Translations under genes and position numbers: made by a program | The notes under the pieces: model-generated | Database searches by the model: none | What the model saw: the letters and a program-made list of their open reading frames with translations, nothing else | Told to the model about the DNA's origin: nothing | Sequence record: DRR723986_791 | DNA length: 55,318 nucleotides | Direction: 5' to 3' (one strand) | Part shown: positions 39,628 through 49,200 of the stretch, in pieces | Layout of the letters: the number at the start of each line of letters is the position of its first letter | Numbering within the stretch: the stretch's first letter is position 1

Positions 39628-39656
39628 TTGACTAAGACGGAGTGGGTACCGATAAT
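39628..39656 (+). promoter_or_regulatory. sigma70-type promoter TTGACT-N17-GATAAT
   Basis: 5/6 match at both boxes with 17-bp spacing, 70 nt upstream of ATG 39727. Confidence 0.65.
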
Positions 39657-39726
39657 TCAGTCACTGCTTATTCCGGTCGAGCACACTTTGCTCAGCACTT
39701 TTCACACAAACAAACTGCGCGTGCAA

Positions 39727-40193
39727 TGAATTCGCATCGACAAACATCCCCCAAGATGGCCTTAGCAGGCTTCTGGTGTGTTTGCATCGTCGCGACGAGC
39801 GTGTTTTCTACCGCAGCCCACGCTGGCTGCCACTTGGAGAGCTCCAACGATGGCATCGTGCAAGTTGGCTCAAGCGAGCGACTCGCGGAAAGTGTCCCGT
39901 GGGCAAAGGGGCCCGCTCTGGTGATTTATGAATCCGGGACGTTTACGTACTACCCACTTGCGGGTGAGACGATCCCATGCAATGGACCGCAGTGCAAAGG
40001 CTCCGATGGCCCTTCGCTAACGCCGCCCCCAACACCAACTCTCTGCCGCTTGCCAATTGCCGTGTGCAGCAACCGAGTTGCACAGCCTTCTGTGTTGCCA
40101 ATCTGTGGCCGATCTTACGAAACGGTCGTGAGCTACTCTTTCGAAGGCACCTTCTGCATCCTTCGTCCTCCACAATCGGTCGCTGCGTGCTAG
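39727..40193 (+). CDS. small secreted Cys-containing protein with a C-terminal RPP motif (candidate arrest/leader peptide)
   Basis: Signal peptide ending AHA-GCH; PCNGPQC; Pro-rich linker; ILRPPQSVAAC-stop; the promoter position argues against GTG 39642. Confidence 0.7.
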
Positions 40194-40409
40194 CTCTTAG
40201 GGAGCAAGACAACCGGCTGACCGAATCAATGTGATCACCGACGCCCAATCGGTATCGGCGATACGAAGTTGCCCGGCGTCCTACGGCGTCGACACCACTG
40301 AGTGAGGGTGTGCCGCCAACTCTGGTCTCCGTCGTCCTGCGGCTGCGCGGGATGATTTGCGATCTCTAGTTTTGCGATGCAGTTTCCTTCGATGTAACGT
40401 GGACGGACT

Positions 40410-43298
40410 ATGTCATCTGATAACACCTACAGTCATCTGCTTAAAGACACCCCACGGAAGGCGCCAAAGCGAGTCATCAGTCCCCGGATGAGGATTGTGC
40501 TGTTCGTGGTGCTGGGTTTGTTCTCGTTGCTGCTCGCCAATGGTATCTACCTCTCTGTAATTACCTGGCTACAGCACTTCACCGGCGCTGTCTATGAAGA
40601 CCTCTTTTATCAATTCATGTTCTTGGCGCACCTCGTCCTTGGAATACTCCTGGTTGCACCGGTCATCGTCTTCGGAATTGTCCACATGCTGGCGGCTCGA
40701 AACCGCCGCAATCGTCGGGCGGTGAAAATCGGATACGCTCTGTTTGCAATTGCGATCGCCATTTTGGTGTCTGGTATTCTACTGACGCGGCAATTCGGAT
40801 TCGACCTAAAGAACCCCTCTGCCAGAGTGGTTGTCTACTGGGCGCACATCGCCTGCCCGCTGGCGGCAATTTGGCTGTACTGGCTACACCGCTTGGTTGG
40901 ACCACGAATTAAGTGGTACGTTGGTCGCCGGATTGCGATCGCAACGGCCGTTGTCGTTGGTGGAATGTTAGTCTTCCAAACACAGGACCCTCGAAGCTGG
41001 AATACCCAGCGACCCAAGGAGGGAGCGCAGTACTTTGAACCCTCGCTTGCTCGCACTGCGACAGGAAATTTCATTCCGGCCCATGCACTGCAGAACGACG
41101 AATACTGCATGGAGTGCCACCAAGATATCTATAACAACTGGTTCCACAGCGCACACCACTTTAGTTCGTTTAACAATCCTGCATACCTCTACTCAGTTCG
41201 TAACACCAGAGACAAAGTCAAAGAGCGGGACGGAAGCATCAAGGCCTCGCGTTGGTGTGCTGGCTGCCACGACCCTGTGCCATTTTTCTCCGGTGCATTT
41301 GATGCCGAAGACTACGACGATGTGAATGATCCGACTAGCCAGGCGGGAATCACATGTACCGTTTGCCACGCAATTACAGACGTTGGAACGGTTGATGATG
41401 GAGTGCGTACGACGCGAGGCAATGCCGACTATGTGATCGAGGAACCAATCCAGTATCCGTTCGCTTACAGCGAAAACTCGGTGCTCAAGAAGATCAACGC
41501 ACTCCTTATCCAGGCAAAGCCAAGCTTCCACAAGAAGACATTTCTCAAACCGGTTCACAAATCGGCTGAGTTTTGCGGAACCTGCCACAAAGTCCATCTT
41601 CCGAAAGAACTGACCGATTACAAAGACTTCGTTCGGGGGCAGAATCACTACGACAGTTGGCTACTCAGCGGTGTTTCGGGACACGGTGCGTCAAGCTTCT
41701 ACTATCCAGAAAAAGCGGAAACGAACTGCAACGAATGTCACATGCCGCCAACTGCGTCGAGTGATTTTGGAGCAAAGTTCTCTTCCAAGACGGACAGCCT
41801 TGCCGTTCACGATCACTTCTTCCCCGGTGCAAACACGGCTCTTCCGTGGTGGAGAGGCGACGACGAGTGGGTTGAGAAGGCCAAAGCGCTACTTCACGGT
41901 GTCACTCGTGTCGACATTTTCGGTCTTCGCAAGGGAGGCGAGATCGATGGTGAGCTGATTGCACCTCTCGGACCAGAGCTCCCCACTCTGGTAGCCGGCG
42001 AGAAGTACTTGCTTGAAACAGTCATCCGCACCACAAAACTTGGGCACCACCTGACGCAAGGAACCGTCGATTCGAACCAGCTATGGCTGGAAGTCATCGT
42101 CAAGAGCGGCGATCGAATCATCGGAGCCAGCGGACAGATGGATGAACTTGGAAAAGTCGACAAGTGGTCTCACTTCGTTAACGTCTTCATGCTGGACAAG
42201 AATGGCGATCGTATCGCTCAGCGTAACGCCGAAGACATCTTCGTTCCGCTGTACAACCACCAAATTCCGCCAGGCGCTGGACAGACCGTTCACTACGCCT
42301 TGAAAGTGCCGAAAGACACTGATGCACCGGTGGAAATCACGGCGCGTCTGAAGTATCGCAAATTTGATTATGGCTACATTCAGTTCATGAATGAGTCGTT
42401 TCGTCCTGGGGACCATGAGTTCCGAGGCCGGAGCGAGCCAGGAGATCCGAATGCCAAGAACGAACTTCCGGTTACTCTGATGGCCGAAGACCGTATTGTG
42501 CTGAGCGTCCAAACGCAATCCGGCGAGATCATCCAGGTACCATCCAATCAGACTTCAGAACAGGGCGAACCAAGGCAGACGCCAGTCGAGTGGCAACGCT
42601 GGAATGACTACGGAATTGGAATGCTGCTCGCAGGCAAAAGCCAGCTCCGGCAAGCACAACAAGCATTCCGAGAAGTCGAGAAGCTATCGCGCTACGATGG
42701 GCCGCTGAACATGGCCAGGGCTCAATTCGCTGAAGGTGATTTGGCTGGAGCGACGGCGTCCATAGCAAGAGCGGCGACAATGGATCCCGCTCCGCCGCCC
42801 TGGACACTAGCATGGTTGAGTGGTGAGATCAGTCGTCAGCAAGGGTTGTTGGAGCAAGCCGCGAGGAGCTTCCGCAGCATTCTTGAAGACAAGACTGATG
42901 AACGAAGCAATCGCGATTTTGACTTCAGCCGCGATTATCGCATTCGTAATTCACTCGGGCTGACCCTAATCGATCTGGCCGAGAAAGCCCTCGCGAGGAA
43001 ACGTTCCGAGGAAGCCGACGACTACTTCCAACAGGCGACCGAACAATTCCAAGCCGCACTCAAGATCGACTCGGAAAACGTCACCGCCCATGCCAACCTG
43101 GCTCGCATCTACGCTCGTACCGATCAGCCGGAATTGGCTAAGTACCACCAGGATCTGCAGCTCCGCTTTAAGCCCGACGACAACGCCCGCGACGTTGCAG
43201 TCCCTGCCGCTCGACGGAAGTATCCAGCCGGCGACCATGCGGCCGAATCACTGGTGATCTACGACCTGCACCGTGAAGCGGACTTGGACTCTGAGTAG
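40410..43298 (+). CDS. membrane-anchored multiheme c-type cytochrome (c554-like) with His-bearing TM domain and C-terminal TPRs
   Basis: About 5 TM helices; CMECH, CAGCH, CTVCH, CGTCH, CNECH; HFFPGAN; RWNDYGIG; TPR helices. Confidence 0.92.
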   Translation: MSSDNTYSHLLKDTPRKAPKRVISPRMRIVLFVVLGLFSLLLANGIYLSVITWLQHFTGAVYEDLFYQFMFLAHLVLGILLVAPVIVFGIVHMLAARNRRNRRAVKIGYALFAIAIAILVSGILLTRQFGFDLKNPSARVVVYWAHIACPLAAIWLYWLHRLVGPRIKWYVGRRIAIATAVVVGGMLVFQTQDPRSWNTQRPKEGAQYFEPSLARTATGNFIPAHALQNDEYCMECHQDIYNNWFHSAHHFSSFNNPAYLYSVRNTRDKVKERDGSIKASRWCAGCHDPVPFFSGAFDAEDYDDVNDPTSQAGITCTVCHAITDVGTVDDGVRTTRGNADYVIEEPIQYPFAYSENSVLKKINALLIQAKPSFHKKTFLKPVHKSAEFCGTCHKVHLPKELTDYKDFVRGQNHYDSWLLSGVSGHGASSFYYPEKAETNCNECHMPPTASSDFGAKFSSKTDSLAVHDHFFPGANTALPWWRGDDEWVEKAKALLHGVTRVDIFGLRKGGEIDGELIAPLGPELPTLVAGEKYLLETVIRTTKLGHHLTQGTVDSNQLWLEVIVKSGDRIIGASGQMDELGKVDKWSHFVNVFMLDKNGDRIAQRNAEDIFVPLYNHQIPPGAGQTVHYALKVPKDTDAPVEITARLKYRKFDYGYIQFMNESFRPGDHEFRGRSEPGDPNAKNELPVTLMAEDRIVLSVQTQSGEIIQVPSNQTSEQGEPRQTPVEWQRWNDYGIGMLLAGKSQLRQAQQAFREVEKLSRYDGPLNMARAQFAEGDLAGATASIARAATMDPAPPPWTLAWLSGEISRQQGLLEQAARSFRSILEDKTDERSNRDFDFSRDYRIRNSLGLTLIDLAEKALARKRSEEADDYFQQATEQFQAALKIDSENVTAHANLARIYARTDQPELAKYHQDLQLRFKPDDNARDVAVPAARRKYPAGDHAAESLVIYDLHREADLDSE

Positions 43299-43365
43299 CT
43301 GGACAAACATCCCTGCCGCGTGAACACCCCAGAAGCCGTCAAACACTCCTCTGACGAACACACAC

Positions 43366-45222
43366 ATGAGTACATCGAACGAACAAGACAATTCGGAACA
43401 GAACGACGAAGTCATTGGCAAGGCACTTCGCTGGTCAGTAATTGGCTTCATCAGCCTGGCCGTGATCGTTGGCGGCGGATTTGCTATATCGCAATGGTTT
43501 GTACCGGAGGAAGAACAGGTCGAGGAGTCGGTGGTCGAACTGCCGAAGGAACGCGAAACATCCGAGGTTGAGCTTCCCAACATCCCGCTGACAGATATTA
43601 CCGCTTCTTCTGGAATCGATTGGGTTCACACCACGGGAATGGAGGGCGAAAAGCTGCTGCCCGAAACGATGGGAGGTGGCACTGCCGTTTTTGATTTTGA
43701 TGCTGACGGTGATCTGGATATTCTCTTCGTAGGGGGTAAGAGCTGGGATTGGGCCAAAGAACCAATCGCCGAACCTCGCTCATTATGTCTCTATTCCAAC
43801 AACGGCGACGCGACGTTTGAAGACGTAACCAGCCAAGTTGGATTGGACATCGACATCTACGGCATGGCTCCAGTGATCGGCGATTACGACAATGATGGCT
43901 GGCAAGATCTTTACATCACCGCAGTGGGGTTGAATCTGCTGCTCAAGAACGTCGAAGGAAAAAAGTTCGTCGACGTATCGGCGGAATCGCAGACGGCCGG
44001 CAACCAAGCCGCCTGGAGCACCGGTGCAACCTGGTTCGACTACGACAACGACGGCCTGCTTGATCTATTCGTTGCGAACTATGTTGTCTGGCAACGTGAC
44101 CTCGACTTGTCGCTCGGCTTCACAATCGCAGGCTTGGATCGCGCGTATGGACAGCCAACCGCTTTTTCCGGAACGCAGAATTCTCTGTACCACAACTTGG
44201 GCAGCGGCAAGTTTGAAGACGTAACCAAAGCCATGGGGATCGAAGTCAACAATCCCAGCACGGGCGTCCCAGAAGGAAAAGGGCTTGGAATTGCTGCCGT
44301 CGATGTTGATCGCGATGGCTGGACAGATCTAATTGTCGCCAATGACACCGTGAGAAATTTTCTGTACCTGAATATCGATGGTGAGATCTTCGAAGAGTCA
44401 GGAATCTCGATGGGACTGGCCTTCGACCGAAACGGCACCTCCACAGGCGCGATGGGGATTGATTTCGGGCACTTCCGATCTGACGAATCTTTGGCAGTAG
44501 CCATTGGTAATTTTGCCAATGAACAGTCATCGCTTTACGTTGCCGACTCCCCAATGGCGCCCTTCAATGATCAAGCAATGGCCAGTGGAATTGGCCCGGT
44601 CAGTCGCTTGAATCTCACCTTTGGAATGTTCTTTGCAGACCTCGACCTGGACGGTCGCCTCGACATCGCCTGCTCGAACGGCCACTTAGAAGGCGAGATC
44701 AACAAAGTACAACCGACGCAGCAGTATGCTCAACCTCCGCAGTTCTTTTGGAATGCAGGAACGGCTGGATCTAGTGAATACACGGCCATTGGACCTGAAC
44801 AGATCGGAAAGGCTGCGATCCGCAGGATGGTCGGACGAGCGGCCGCGTACGGGGACCTCGATAACGATGGAGATGTCGATATTGTGCTCGTCGGCAGTGG
44901 TGGATCGCCAAGAGTCCTGCGTAACGATCAGAGCCTCGGAAACAACTGGATGCAATTTTCACTTACCGGACAAGGCGCATCGAACCGTGATGCCTATGGA
45001 GCAACGATCGAGTTGTCCGCCGGTGACACAACACAGACGCGAATCATCTCGCCCACGCGCAGCTATTTGAGCCACTGCGATACTCGCGCCACATTTGGAC
45101 TTGGACAATTGACGGAGGTTGAGAAAGTGACCATCACGTGGCCCGATCAAACCACATCCGTTTTGACGGACCTAGAGATCAACAATCTGCACCAAATCAC
45201 TCAAGGGCAAACGAACAATTAA
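43366..45222 (+). CDS. CRTAC1 family protein (FG-GAP repeats + ASPIC/UnbV domain)
   Basis: ETMGGG, DFDADGDLD, DYDNDGWQD, DYDNDGLLD, DVDRDGWTD, DLDLDGRLD, DLDNDGDVD; NRDAYGA...SYLS...FGLG...TWP. Confidence 0.93.
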   Translation: MSTSNEQDNSEQNDEVIGKALRWSVIGFISLAVIVGGGFAISQWFVPEEEQVEESVVELPKERETSEVELPNIPLTDITASSGIDWVHTTGMEGEKLLPETMGGGTAVFDFDADGDLDILFVGGKSWDWAKEPIAEPRSLCLYSNNGDATFEDVTSQVGLDIDIYGMAPVIGDYDNDGWQDLYITAVGLNLLLKNVEGKKFVDVSAESQTAGNQAAWSTGATWFDYDNDGLLDLFVANYVVWQRDLDLSLGFTIAGLDRAYGQPTAFSGTQNSLYHNLGSGKFEDVTKAMGIEVNNPSTGVPEGKGLGIAAVDVDRDGWTDLIVANDTVRNFLYLNIDGEIFEESGISMGLAFDRNGTSTGAMGIDFGHFRSDESLAVAIGNFANEQSSLYVADSPMAPFNDQAMASGIGPVSRLNLTFGMFFADLDLDGRLDIACSNGHLEGEINKVQPTQQYAQPPQFFWNAGTAGSSEYTAIGPEQIGKAAIRRMVGRAAAYGDLDNDGDVDIVLVGSGGSPRVLRNDQSLGNNWMQFSLTGQGASNRDAYGATIELSAGDTTQTRIISPTRSYLSHCDTRATFGLGQLTEVEKVTITWPDQTTSVLTDLEINNLHQITQGQTNN

Positions 45223-45269
45223 ATCGTACGCTGAAGATTCTATTTTCGTGCCGTCTTCTGTAGTTCCAA

Positions 45270-48260
45270 CTACCTTCCGATCGTCATGTATCCAGCCCAC
45301 AAGGCGGGATGGAATCCACTTGAGAGCGAGGCTGCCTCGGTGCTCGCTGGCATCAGAATCGGTTCTGCAGAGACCAAGTAGCTTTTGCCCCACGTTGCTA
45401 CCGTGGCTCGGCGCATCGCCTCAGGAGGTGGTTCGGCTCCGAGTTCTTCGAAGAAGCGTAACAGCCAATCGGCACTACTCTGCCCTCCGACGGCCCATCG
45501 GCTCAAGAGTGCCGAGCGTACTCCCGAGAAATACAGCTCACAAGCCGGTAAGAATACGTCCGAACCGTCCCCTAGCTCTCGACCACTAACGGCCGACTGC
45601 ATCCCAGGTGCGATAACAACCTTTGGCACATAGCCTCCCATCTCAAGCCATTTGCTAAGTGGTTGTTGTCGATTCGCCCCGAGCGGTGAGAGCACTGTAT
45701 CGGCACCGGCGCCGGGTAGAGCAACAGCGGACCAAATAGCGTCAGCGCGCAGCCGCAGGAGCGCAGCGGACGGTGCGTTGTTCTTTTGATTCAAAGAAAG
45801 CACGTGTTTCCCCGGCCAATAATCGACCAACGGCTCGGCCAGCGTTCGATTTTCCTCGGGAGACGATGCAAAGAAACGCCCAATCACTCCCACTACGGAA
45901 TCAAGCTTTTGCACCTGAACATCGATCGGTCGATAAGAGCCCAATGTCGGGATGTAAGAAATTGGCATCTCCCCAAGAAGCGGCGTTGAAAGTGCATCTT
46001 CAAGCGGCAGCATCTCCAAAGGGACATACCAAAGCGCTGCGTGGGGAGCTACGACCAGTTGGTTGGAATTCCTGAGCCAGTCACGCACTTGATCACTGAG
46101 TAGACTATCTCGAAGGGCGACTGCCGCCTCACGCCAGGCGGGACGAGGGCTTGAGACAGCCGAAGGTAGCGGGCGACCTTGGTTCCGCCAAATACCCGCA
46201 GCACTAAACAGAGACTTCAGCTTGGCAGCAAACTCAGTCTTGGGCGGCAACTGCCAGACGTGAACGTCATCTTTGCGAATACCGATGCCGTAGGTGTTGG
46301 ACGCCGTCATGGCAAATGAAATAAACAGTTCGCCCGGCTGCATCGACGCCTGAACGCTAGAGAGCGAATTCTCAACGGGTAAATGCCGATTCATCGGAAT
46401 GCGTTTCAAGCTGGCTGCAGCCAACTCCGCCTCCAATCGATCTGAGGAATTGGCAAAACCCGTGAATTGCTTCTTCGCATCGCCACCGATCTTCCGATCG
46501 TCCAGTACGATTTTCGATGCACGCAATCGATCAACAGCCAGGAGCCGTTGCTCGAGAGCTTCTGCAATTCCGGGTTGGGTATCGAGCATCTTCTTCACGG
46601 CGTCCGCATTGACTTTATCGGCCAGCGCCGGCGGCTTTCCACCACGTACTTGATTGACCGCAAACCGAAGGCTCGCTAGGCGACCACCCAGCGGCAACGA
46701 CTCAAAAAAACGCTGGCTCTGCAGTCGGTCCATTCTTGCGAAGATGACGTCGCTGGTGGCACCTCTCGCCATTGACAATTCCAGCAACCGTTCGTAAGCG
46801 GGCATACTGCTGGTTGTGATCCGCGCAAGAGAATCCAGCGGCCGCATCTGCCACTGAACCGAATCGGGCTCACTCATCAATCGCACCAACACTTCCTCGC
46901 CGATGGTGGCATTGATATTGCTGCTGGCCAACATATTGAGCGCAAGTTGAGCCTGAAATACTTCAGGCACAACCGCTCCTGTTCTCGAGTCGCCTTGCAT
47001 CACGGTCAACGCTTCAGCAAGAAGACGTTTGCCAAGTGAACCGTTCCCCTTTAAAAGTGCAATCAAAGCGCGTGTGTGTTTGAGCCTCGCGTATTCCTTG
47101 GGCAACATCACGTCGCGGTTTCGTAGCAACGCGGTGCTCTGCGTTGCCGCCTTCTCTGCTTTTGCAATTTCACCCGCGTGTGCAAAATAGTCCGCAAGGC
47201 CAAGCTGCGCTGCTGCAGCAGAAACGGCACTTCGACCTGACGCCCACTTCGCCATCGCCGTCAATCCAGCAGCCACGTCATCGCGGCTTAGCACGGTTGC
47301 CAGTGCAGCCAGCTTGCGCGTGGTTTCCTCAAATGCAATGTGTTGTTCAAATTGTGCCGAGAGTAAGTTTGCAACCTGCAGATTCTCGGCCGCCGATTGA
47401 AACCGCCCCTGTTTCAGATCTAGGTCAGCGAGCACCTCCAACGCCAGACTCGACAAATAGTGATGGTGACGTCCCGCGACCAAAACTCCGCTGCGAAGCT
47501 CATTGACCGCCTGTGGCTGGAGCGCGGGTTTGGTGAGCCGCGAAAGACCCTGCAGAATCTTCCAAGATGACTGGAGCCACGGCGCGGGATGCTGAGGCGC
47601 GGTGGCGAAGTGCCCCTCTATTGCCTCGGCCATCGCTGAATGTTCCGCCAACGCTCCTAACAGTTCGCTGCGTCGCCGAAGGGCGAGCCCGGTTGTGTAG
47701 AGCACTTCAGCCATATCGAGCCGGGTTACAAGGCTGACCGGTGCGATCACCCCGCCCTGGGGTCCCGGCTGTGCTTGAAGCGGATCAATCGCAAGCTGGA
47801 TCGATTCCGGGACACTCAGCAAAGTGCTGTTCGTAGTCCGGCTGAACCAATTCACGCCACGATTAAAATCCTGCGGTGGCAACTGATCGACGGCAATATC
47901 GAGTTGGTCGACCCACCCCGGATTTGCGATCGCCAATTTGAGTGCCTGCTCGTACTGCTGAAGCGCGGCTGGCAAATTCCCCTGGCGATAGTAGCACTCG
48001 CCGGCCATCACGATCGGCGGAATGCTGTCAATCCAACGCGTTTGGCCGACGCGACGCCCTCGCTGAAACGCTTGTTCAAAGCCCTCCAATGCTGGCAACG
48101 TCGCTCCAGCTCCGAGAAACTCCCGCGCCGCGTAGTACTCAGCCCGCGGAAGATCGCTAACCGACTGCGAGTGGCTTTGCGACGGAAACACCATGCAAGC
48201 AATGGCCATCACGATCGCGGGGCAAGCTGTTTTCCAGGTCGTATTGAAAGGCTGCGTCAT
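45270..48260 (-). CDS. secreted TPR + CHAT-domain protein, probably protease-inactive
   Basis: Signal peptide; TPR helices; LVVAPHAALWYVPLEML, ISYIPT, GVRSALLSRWAV, HPALWAGY; no HG or SAC catalytic motif. Confidence 0.82.
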   Translation of the reverse strand: MTQPFNTTWKTACPAIVMAIACMVFPSQSHSQSVSDLPRAEYYAAREFLGAGATLPALEGFEQAFQRGRRVGQTRWIDSIPPIVMAGECYYRQGNLPAALQQYEQALKLAIANPGWVDQLDIAVDQLPPQDFNRGVNWFSRTTNSTLLSVPESIQLAIDPLQAQPGPQGGVIAPVSLVTRLDMAEVLYTTGLALRRRSELLGALAEHSAMAEAIEGHFATAPQHPAPWLQSSWKILQGLSRLTKPALQPQAVNELRSGVLVAGRHHHYLSSLALEVLADLDLKQGRFQSAAENLQVANLLSAQFEQHIAFEETTRKLAALATVLSRDDVAAGLTAMAKWASGRSAVSAAAAQLGLADYFAHAGEIAKAEKAATQSTALLRNRDVMLPKEYARLKHTRALIALLKGNGSLGKRLLAEALTVMQGDSRTGAVVPEVFQAQLALNMLASSNINATIGEEVLVRLMSEPDSVQWQMRPLDSLARITTSSMPAYERLLELSMARGATSDVIFARMDRLQSQRFFESLPLGGRLASLRFAVNQVRGGKPPALADKVNADAVKKMLDTQPGIAEALEQRLLAVDRLRASKIVLDDRKIGGDAKKQFTGFANSSDRLEAELAAASLKRIPMNRHLPVENSLSSVQASMQPGELFISFAMTASNTYGIGIRKDDVHVWQLPPKTEFAAKLKSLFSAAGIWRNQGRPLPSAVSSPRPAWREAAVALRDSLLSDQVRDWLRNSNQLVVAPHAALWYVPLEMLPLEDALSTPLLGEMPISYIPTLGSYRPIDVQVQKLDSVVGVIGRFFASSPEENRTLAEPLVDYWPGKHVLSLNQKNNAPSAALLRLRADAIWSAVALPGAGADTVLSPLGANRQQPLSKWLEMGGYVPKVVIAPGMQSAVSGRELGDGSDVFLPACELYFSGVRSALLSRWAVGGQSSADWLLRFFEELGAEPPPEAMRRATVATWGKSYLVSAEPILMPASTEAASLSSGFHPALWAGYMTIGR

Positions 48261-48467
48261 ACTCAGGTCACCGGATCAGCTTGAGAAATCTAGTCTTTGG
48301 GTTGTACCCGCATTTTACTCCAGAAGGCCGCCCCAGGCAGCTTCTAGGGCCCTTTGCGCCTAAAGAGCATACGGTGGTCGCTCGCTCCTCTGCCCCCGCA
48401 ACCTCGCAACTGGTTCAAGAGCTAGGAGCTAGTTAAACGCCCAGATGCTCGGCCCGCCTCGATCGAC

Positions 48468-48520
48468 GCCCTGCTCTGCCCAGCCCAGCTCAGCCCAGCC
48501 CAGCCAGACCAGACCTGCCC
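48468..48520. repeat. degenerate pentamer simple repeat (CAGCC/CAGAC)n
   Basis: gccctgctctgcccagcccagctcagcccagcccagccagaccagacctgccc in a divergent intergenic region. Confidence 0.6.
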
Positions 48521-48569
48521 TCTCAGACCAGGCGATTCGGGATTTCCTGGCGGCTTGGCAAACAAAGGT

Positions 48570-48597
48570 TCAATCACGGCAACTGGTCCAACCGATA
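48570..48597 (+). promoter_or_regulatory. putative alternative-sigma promoter TCAATC-N15-ACCGATA
   Basis: Twin of 6814-6841, upstream of the small lipoprotein gene. Confidence 0.45.
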
Positions 48598-48717
48598 GAA
48601 CCGTTAGAATCGGATTCCAGTCTGATTCGAGACGAAAAGCTGCGCCCGAAAGGAGCCGAATTCAGGCTGCTTTCGATCCATTGCGAAACACATAGCGGTC
48701 GTTGAGGAGATTCAATT

Positions 48718-48954
48718 ATGACTGAGAAGAAGCGTTCGAAGGCTTGCAAATACGCCTTCTTTGGGCTTTTGCTAGCTGGTGGGCTTGCTCCCTCGGTCGG
48801 CTGCCAGGTTTCTGTGGCTGGGCAAACACTGCCAAGCCCCTATTACCTCTACGACGACGTTCAGTACTTCCCTGCTGGGCCTGAGAACAAGATCGCTAAC
48901 GAGACTGCCGCGACCAAGGCAGCTCGAGCGGAAGCCATGAAGACCAGTCGCTAG
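48718..48954 (+). CDS. small planctomycete-type lipoprotein
   Basis: GAGGAG RBS; lipobox SVG-C; GQTLPSPYYLYDDVQYFPAGPE motif. Confidence 0.85.
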   Translation: MTEKKRSKACKYAFFGLLLAGGLAPSVGCQVSVAGQTLPSPYYLYDDVQYFPAGPENKIANETAATKAARAEAMKTSR

Positions 48955-49082
48955 CTGCTAAGCAAGTCGGCTCGAATAGAATCGCACCTAGTAGCACCCA
49001 AGTTAGACATTTGGGTACTTAGAGGTTCCGAACCACTTGGTTGAGTGGCCTGGGTGCGACGACGATAAAACGGCTCAAAATC

Positions 49083-49124
49083 AAAAGGGACGCAGACTCC
49101 GGTTTGGGAGTGGCGTCCCTTTTT
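49083..49124. terminator. bidirectional intrinsic terminator
   Basis: aaaa-gggacgc..actcc-ggtttg-ggagt..gcgtccc-ttttt between convergent genes. Confidence 0.82.
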
Positions 49125-49200
49125 GCGTTGATCATCGGCTTTGCTTCACTTGGTCCACTGCAGTCGCTGGGAACAGGCTGAACGGTCTCGTCAGCGCTGC

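Noticed and set aside
45270-48260. CHAT protein as a caspase-like anti-phage effector
   Set aside because: The catalytic dyad is absent, a signal peptide is present, and there are no defence-associated neighbours
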